Position numbers and translations under genes: made by a program. A stretch of DNA of 12,810 nt from Fidelibacterota bacterium (GTDB lineage: Bacteria; Fidelibacterota; Fidelibacteria; Fidelibacterales; Fidelibacteraceae). Of the stretch, positions 9,002 through 12,810 are shown piece after piece; positions within the stretch are counted from its first letter, which is position 1; each line of letters starts with the position of its first letter. The notes below the pieces were generated by a model, which did no database searches, was not told where the DNA came from, and saw nothing but the letters and a program-made list of their open reading frames with translations. The stretch covers positions 10,261-23,070 of the forward strand of contig JAYEOX010000024.1 in NCBI GenBank assembly GCA_034723415.1, read 5' to 3'.

Positions 9002-9475
9002 TTATTTATGTTTTAATTTTTTATATTTTATAAAAGTAAATTTATCATATTCTTGAGAATCAATTTTCTTCCAATTATTTTTATCATATTTAGGAAAATA
9101 TACATTACCTGAGAAATTCCCTTTTACAAGTGATATATAAATATAATCAGCAATTTTTAAAGCACTTTTATATATCCGATTCCCACCGGTGAAAAATATA
9201 TCCTTACCTAAATTTTCGGCTAATTCAACTGCTTTTTCAAATGTTTCACAAATTTCAATTTTATCTTTTGATTTCAGTTTGCTACTTACAATAATATTAT
9301 TTCTTTTTGGTAATGGTTTTCCAATCGATTCATAGGTTTTTCTGCCCATAATGATCGTATTATTTATTGTATTTCTTTTAAATAATTTCAGATCTTCTGA
9401 AATATGCCATGGAATAGTGTTATCTTTTCCGATTACATTTTGTTTTGTCATTGCAACTATTATTATTTTTTTCAT
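9002..9475 (-). CDS. folA: Dihydrofolate reductase
   Basis: IIVAM...VIGKDNTIPWHISEDLKLFK, IIMGRKTYESIGKPLPKRNNIIVS, GG..IY and G.VYFP motifs. ATG 9475 is preferred over TTG 9487. Confidence 0.96.
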   Translation of the reverse strand: MKKIIIVAMTKQNVIGKDNTIPWHISEDLKLFKRNTINNTIIMGRKTYESIGKPLPKRNNIIVSSKLKSKDKIEICETFEKAVELAENLGKDIFFTGGNRIYKSALKIADYIYISLVKGNFSGNVYFPKYDKNNWKKIDSQEYDKFTFIKYKKLKHK

Positions 9476-9614
9476 TTTATTTTCCAATATTTTAATGCTT
9501 ATATAAATTACAAAATTAAATTTGCAATATATATAAAAATGTTTTCTTTTCTGTTTACTACATAGACATATTCCCTACTTGCAGTTATCTGACATCAAAA
9601 TATTAAAACCCAGG

Positions 9615-9697
9615 AACTTCGTAAGTTTTTAACACACTTTTTGGGCTAAAGCCCGGTCGTTGATTGCAATTTTTGCTCTCTACCATAAATGGCAGAG
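9615..9697. repeat. Cluster of small REP-like hairpins
   Basis: AACTT-CGT-AAGTT (9615-9627); GGGC-TAAA-GCCC (9643-9654); CTCTACCA-TAAA-TGGCAGAG (9678-9697, one mismatch). Two of them share a TAAA loop. Confidence 0.45.
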
Positions 9698-9747
9698 TTA
9701 ATCAGTTCTCATCTCCATTACTTAGACACATTTTTTATGCACGGTAC

Positions 9748-9836
9748 CTAACCTACTAACCCTCTAACCTTCTAAACTTCTAAACTTCTAAACTTCTAAA
9801 CTTCTAAACTTCTAAACTTCTAAACTTCTTAACCCC
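9748..9836 (+). repeat. 8-nt tandem repeat array (CTAA[C/A]CNN)
   Basis: CTAACCTA, CTAACCCT, CTAACCTT, then seven perfect CTAAACTT (9772-9827), then degenerate CTTAACCCC. Confidence 0.97.
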
Positions 9837-9860
9837 CTCTGCGTCTCCGCGTCTCCGCGG
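9837..9860 (+). repeat. GC-rich 8-nt tandem repeat x3 (CTCYGCGK)
   Basis: CTCTGCGT CTCCGCGT CTCCGCGG, directly adjoining the CTAA array and 23 nt from the thyA stop codon. Confidence 0.85.
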
Positions 9861-9883
9861 TAAAGAAGCGTCTTTGAGAAAAA

Positions 9884-10747
9884 TTACACTGCCACTTCAA
9901 ATTTTATTTTTGGATGATATTTATAATCAATTAATTTTATATCTTCAAACTTCAATTCATCAAACGGTTTATCTGCAATGAGTAACTTTGGTAATTCTTT
10001 TGGTGTTCTTTCTAATTGTTTTTTAATATTTTCGATATGATTTTCGTAAATGTGTGCATCAATAATTGTATGAGCAAATTCGCCAACTTCAAAATTTGTC
10101 TCTTTAGCTATCATCATTGTAAGTAAAGCATAAGATGCCAAGTTAAATGGAATTCCCAAAGCAATATCACCGGATCGCTGAGTCAAATGGCAGTTCAATT
10201 TATTCCCTGTAACATTAAATGTAAATGTGTAATGACAGGGTGGCAATTTACTTTCAGCCGCATTTCCGGGATGCCATGCAGTTACTACCATTCGTCTTAG
10301 ATTTGGTGTGGTCGGGTCAATTTTTATCTCTTTTAATGTATCAATAATATATTGGATTTGGTCGAATACTTTACATTTAGATCTTTTATCATAATAAGTC
10401 CATTTTGATTTCCAATTTTCGCCATCAAGTCCTGTTTCAGGAACAGGATATCGTCGCCAAAATCTTCCATAAGCCGTTTCTAATTTCCCATCTTTATCTG
10501 CCCATGCATTCCATATTTTTGTATGCTTTTTTAAATTGCGAATATGTTCTTCACCACTTAAATACCAAAATAATTCATGCACCAATGAATTAAAATACAT
10601 TTTCTTTGTTGTCAAAAGCGGGAAACCTTTATTTAGATCAACTTTGTAGAAATATCCAAAAACACTTATTGTGGAAACACCGGTTCGATTCTGTTTTTTA
10701 ATTCCATTTGCAAGAACATATTTCACCATATCTAAATATTGTTTCAT
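9884..10747 (-). CDS. thyA: Thymidylate synthase ThyA
   Basis: NRTGV.T, GFPLLTTKK, EL.WYLSG, IWNAWAD, RRMVVTAWHP, catalytic LPPCH, TQRSGDIALGIPFN, DAHIYENH, C-terminal VAV. Confidence 0.98.
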   Translation of the reverse strand: MKQYLDMVKYVLANGIKKQNRTGVSTISVFGYFYKVDLNKGFPLLTTKKMYFNSLVHELFWYLSGEEHIRNLKKHTKIWNAWADKDGKLETAYGRFWRRYPVPETGLDGENWKSKWTYYDKRSKCKVFDQIQYIIDTLKEIKIDPTTPNLRRMVVTAWHPGNAAESKLPPCHYTFTFNVTGNKLNCHLTQRSGDIALGIPFNLASYALLTMMIAKETNFEVGEFAHTIIDAHIYENHIENIKKQLERTPKELPKLLIADKPFDELKFEDIKLIDYKYHPKIKFEVAV

Positions 10748-12213
10748 ATAAATATCCCATTTTTTTTACCGAATTTTAATGACAATTTTATTCTTTTTAT
10801 TACTTCTTGTTTTCCTATCAAAACTAAAACATCGAAAATACTTGGGCTGACAGAAAATCCCGTAACTGCAAGTCGCAATGCGTGAATTAAAATGCCTGCT
10901 TTCACTTTATTTTCCGAAGCAATTCTTCTAATAATTTCTTCAGAAGTTTGTAAATTAAACTCATCAACATTATTTAATTCTTTAACCAATTTTTCCAACA
11001 AAATCTTCACTTTTTCTTTATTCCAATGTTTTTGAATTGCATCTTGTTCATACTTTGTTGGAGATGCAAAAAAATATTTACCATAGATTGAAAAATCCGG
11101 AATAAGCCGCATTCTCGACTTAAGAAGCTTAATTATTGCTAACAATCGTTTTTCATCGGTTTTTATTTCTTCTTCGGTTATTAATGAATTATTTTTCCAA
11201 TTTTTTACAACTAATGGAAATAATTTCTGAGCCGACATTGTGGAAATGTGTTTTCCATTTATCCATTTTATCTTTTCAACATCAAAAACAGCTCTTTTTT
11301 TATTAACACGATTTAATTCAAATTTATTTACAAGTTCCTTCATTGTGAAAATAGTTTTGTCTTGACTCGTTCCCCATCCCAAATGAACCAATCCGTTAAT
11401 TAATCCTTCGGGAGTAAATCCCATTTTGCGATATTCTTCCACTGAAACAGCTCCTGTTCGCTTACTTAATCGCTTTTTTTCCGAATCTGTAATTAACGGA
11501 ACATGAGCAAATTTAGGAACTGATCTATTTAAAGCGAGATATAGTAATATTTGTTTGGGAGTATTTGACAGATGATCTTCACCGCGAATTACATGTGTGA
11601 TTTTCATATCAGAATCATCAACCACAACTGCTAAATTATATGTTGGCGAACCATCGGAACGCACAATAATGAAATCGTCTATTTCCGAATTATTAACTGA
11701 AATATTTTCAAAAACCTTGTCTTTGAATTTTGTAATTCCGGATGGAGTTTTAAAACGAATTGCAAACTTCTTCCCTTGTGATAGCTTTTCTTTGATCTGT
11801 TCATTAGTTAATTTTCTACATTTTCCACTATATTTATAATATCTATTTTCAGAAACTGCTTTTAATTTTTCTTTTTGCAGTTCTTCTTTTGTGCAGAAAC
11901 ATCTATATGCCTTCCCCTCTTCCAACAGCTTATCCGCTGCCTTTTTATGTTTTTCTATATTATCCGATTGTTTAATATAATTTTCATCATAATCCAATCC
12001 CAGCCATTTTAACGACTCAAGAATATTTTTGATCATTGTTTCCGATGAACGCTCCATATCTGTATCTTCTATTCTCAATAAAAATTTGCCATTATTGTGT
12101 CTCGCAAATAAATAATTGAATAACGCAGTTCTGACACTTCCAATATGTAAAAATCCCGTTGGACTTGGAGCGAAACGGACGCGGGTATTATTATTGTTAT
12201 TCATTTTTATCAT
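10744..12213 (-). CDS. gltX: Glutamate--tRNA ligase
   Basis: RVRFAPSPTGFLHIGS (HIGH), LRIEDTD, Zn-site CFC...Y..KCR, ITHVIRGEDHLSNTPKQ, RLSKR (KMSKS), and full anticodon domain (LRLAVTG.SVSPSIF). Start is either 12213 or 12204. Confidence 0.98.
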   Translation of the reverse strand: MIKMNNNNNTRVRFAPSPTGFLHIGSVRTALFNYLFARHNNGKFLLRIEDTDMERSSETMIKNILESLKWLGLDYDENYIKQSDNIEKHKKAADKLLEEGKAYRCFCTKEELQKEKLKAVSENRYYKYSGKCRKLTNEQIKEKLSQGKKFAIRFKTPSGITKFKDKVFENISVNNSEIDDFIIVRSDGSPTYNLAVVVDDSDMKITHVIRGEDHLSNTPKQILLYLALNRSVPKFAHVPLITDSEKKRLSKRTGAVSVEEYRKMGFTPEGLINGLVHLGWGTSQDKTIFTMKELVNKFELNRVNKKRAVFDVEKIKWINGKHISTMSAQKLFPLVVKNWKNNSLITEEEIKTDEKRLLAIIKLLKSRMRLIPDFSIYGKYFFASPTKYEQDAIQKHWNKEKVKILLEKLVKELNNVDEFNLQTSEEIIRRIASENKVKAGILIHALRLAVTGFSVSPSIFDVLVLIGKQEVIKRIKLSLKFGKKNGIFI

Positions 12214-12255
12214 TTATTGTTTTTTTCTTTTTATTTTTTTGTAGTCGAATGTTAT

Positions 12256-12336
12256 TTGGTTAGAAGGTTAGAGGGTTAGGTGGTTAGAAAATTAGGAGAT
12301 TAGGTGATTTGTTGGTTAGCAAGTTAGGGGGGTTAG
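12256..12336 (-). repeat. 8-nt degenerate tandem array (NNGGTTAG on + strand), inverted relative to the other two arrays
   Basis: TTGGTTAG AAGGTTAG AGGGTTAG GTGGTTAG AAAATTAG GAGATTAG GTGATTTG TTGGTTAG CAAGTTAG GGGGGTTAG: nine units in exact 8-nt register plus one 9-nt unit. Confidence 0.93.
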
Positions 12337-12373
12337 GATGATAATTATCCTTTTCCATTCTAAAATTCAAATC

Positions 12374-12751
12374 CTATAACTCCTTAAACCTATCCAATTG
12401 ATATCGTCTTAAATTTGACAGTTTTTGTGTAATTATTTCAATATCTTTTCTTAAATCATTATAGTCCGTTTCAGAAATATAATTTAAATCGTAAGATATA
12501 ATTAATAAATTCAAACATTCCATTATACTTCCATAAGATATTTGAGTAAAATAAGCCTTATCTTTTCCGGTTTTTCTTCCTGAACCTTCTGCGAGATTAG
12601 TAGGAACTGAAACTGAAGCTCGTTTTAATTGATCAATAATTCCATATTTTTCTGTTTGAGGTATTTTTTGGGCAATATTATAAATTTTAATAACAAATGT
12701 CTTTGATATTTTCCAAACTTCAAGATTTTCAAACGAATATTTATACATCAT
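12374..12751 (-). CDS. Four helix bundle protein (23S rRNA intervening-sequence protein / bAvd-like, TIGR02436-type)
   Basis: FENLEVWK...IY.....P..EKYG..DQL.RASVSVP.NLAEG.GR...KD...F..ISYGS..E signature. The AGGAG SD at 12754-12758 favours the second ATG (12748). Confidence 0.93.
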   Translation of the reverse strand: MMYKYSFENLEVWKISKTFVIKIYNIAQKIPQTEKYGIIDQLKRASVSVPTNLAEGSGRKTGKDKAYFTQISYGSIMECLNLLIISYDLNYISETDYNDLRKDIEIITQKLSNLRRYQLDRFKEL

Positions 12752-12778
12752 TACTCCTATAATCTAAAAATTTCAATT

Positions 12779-12810
12779 CTAACCCACTAACCTACTAACC
12801 CTCTAAACCT
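12779..12810 (+). repeat. 8-nt degenerate tandem array (CTAACCNN), runs to window edge
   Basis: CTAACCCA CTAACCTA CTAACCCT CTAAACCT, 27 nt upstream of the four-helix-bundle start. Confidence 0.9.

Noticed and set aside
9748..9860. CRISPR array
   Set aside because: The units are 8 nt and contiguous, with no unique 25-45 nt spacers and no cas genes.
1533..11839. Short antisense ORFs in the track (1533, 2084, 3450, 3614, 5535, 5893, 5994, 8014, 10405, 11597)
   Set aside because: All lie essentially entirely opposite well-supported genes and have no recognisable motifs; treated as shadow ORFs.
12187..12204. Poly-Asn at the GltX N-terminus as a phase-variable repeat
   Set aside because: A short in-frame AAT/AAC run with mixed codons; length change would not frameshift.
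12256..12336. Eukaryotic telomere (TTAGGG) contamination
   Set aside because: The core GGTTAG is similar, but the period is 8 rather than 6, the units are degenerate, and they are embedded between intact bacterial genes. Only weak two-tier G-quadruplex potential.
12374..12751. Diversity-generating retroelement or 23S rRNA IVS
   Set aside because: The protein is Avd/IVP-like, but no reverse transcriptase, TR/VR pair or rRNA sequence is visible. Sequence right of the window is unseen.
12372..12762. 8-bp direct repeat TCCTATAA (12372-12379, 12755-12762) as a target-site duplication
   Set aside because: It overlaps the stop codon and the SD, lies inside the arrays rather than outside, and is short enough to arise by chance at this AT content.

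Overview
This is a very AT-rich bacterial chromosomal segment. The TonB-dependent receptor with a carboxypeptidase-regulatory-like N-domain suggests a diderm FCB-group-like organism (inference only). On the minus strand, reading right to left, it carries a four-helix-bundle (23S rRNA IVS protein/bAvd-like) gene, gltX, thyA, folA, an uncharacterised outer-membrane protein with Ca-binding-like motifs, a CPBP/CAAX protease, mgtE and a DUF3108-like gene. These converge on a plus-strand dut-arsC pair. Divergent from dut are tRNA-Leu(CAA), a TonB-dependent receptor and a beta-propeller-like secreted protein that runs off the left edge. The genes are mostly housekeeping; the unusual signal is non-coding. 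Three arrays of a degenerate 8-nt repeat (core CTAACC/GGTTAG) alternate in orientation. Two bracket the four-helix-bundle gene as inverted arrays. The third lies 2.4 kb away between thyA and folA, shares exact 20-nt matches with both, and abuts a second, GC-rich 8-nt repeat. Two intergenic regions also carry clusters of REP-like hairpins. The ThyA looks like the haloarchaeal-type variant.
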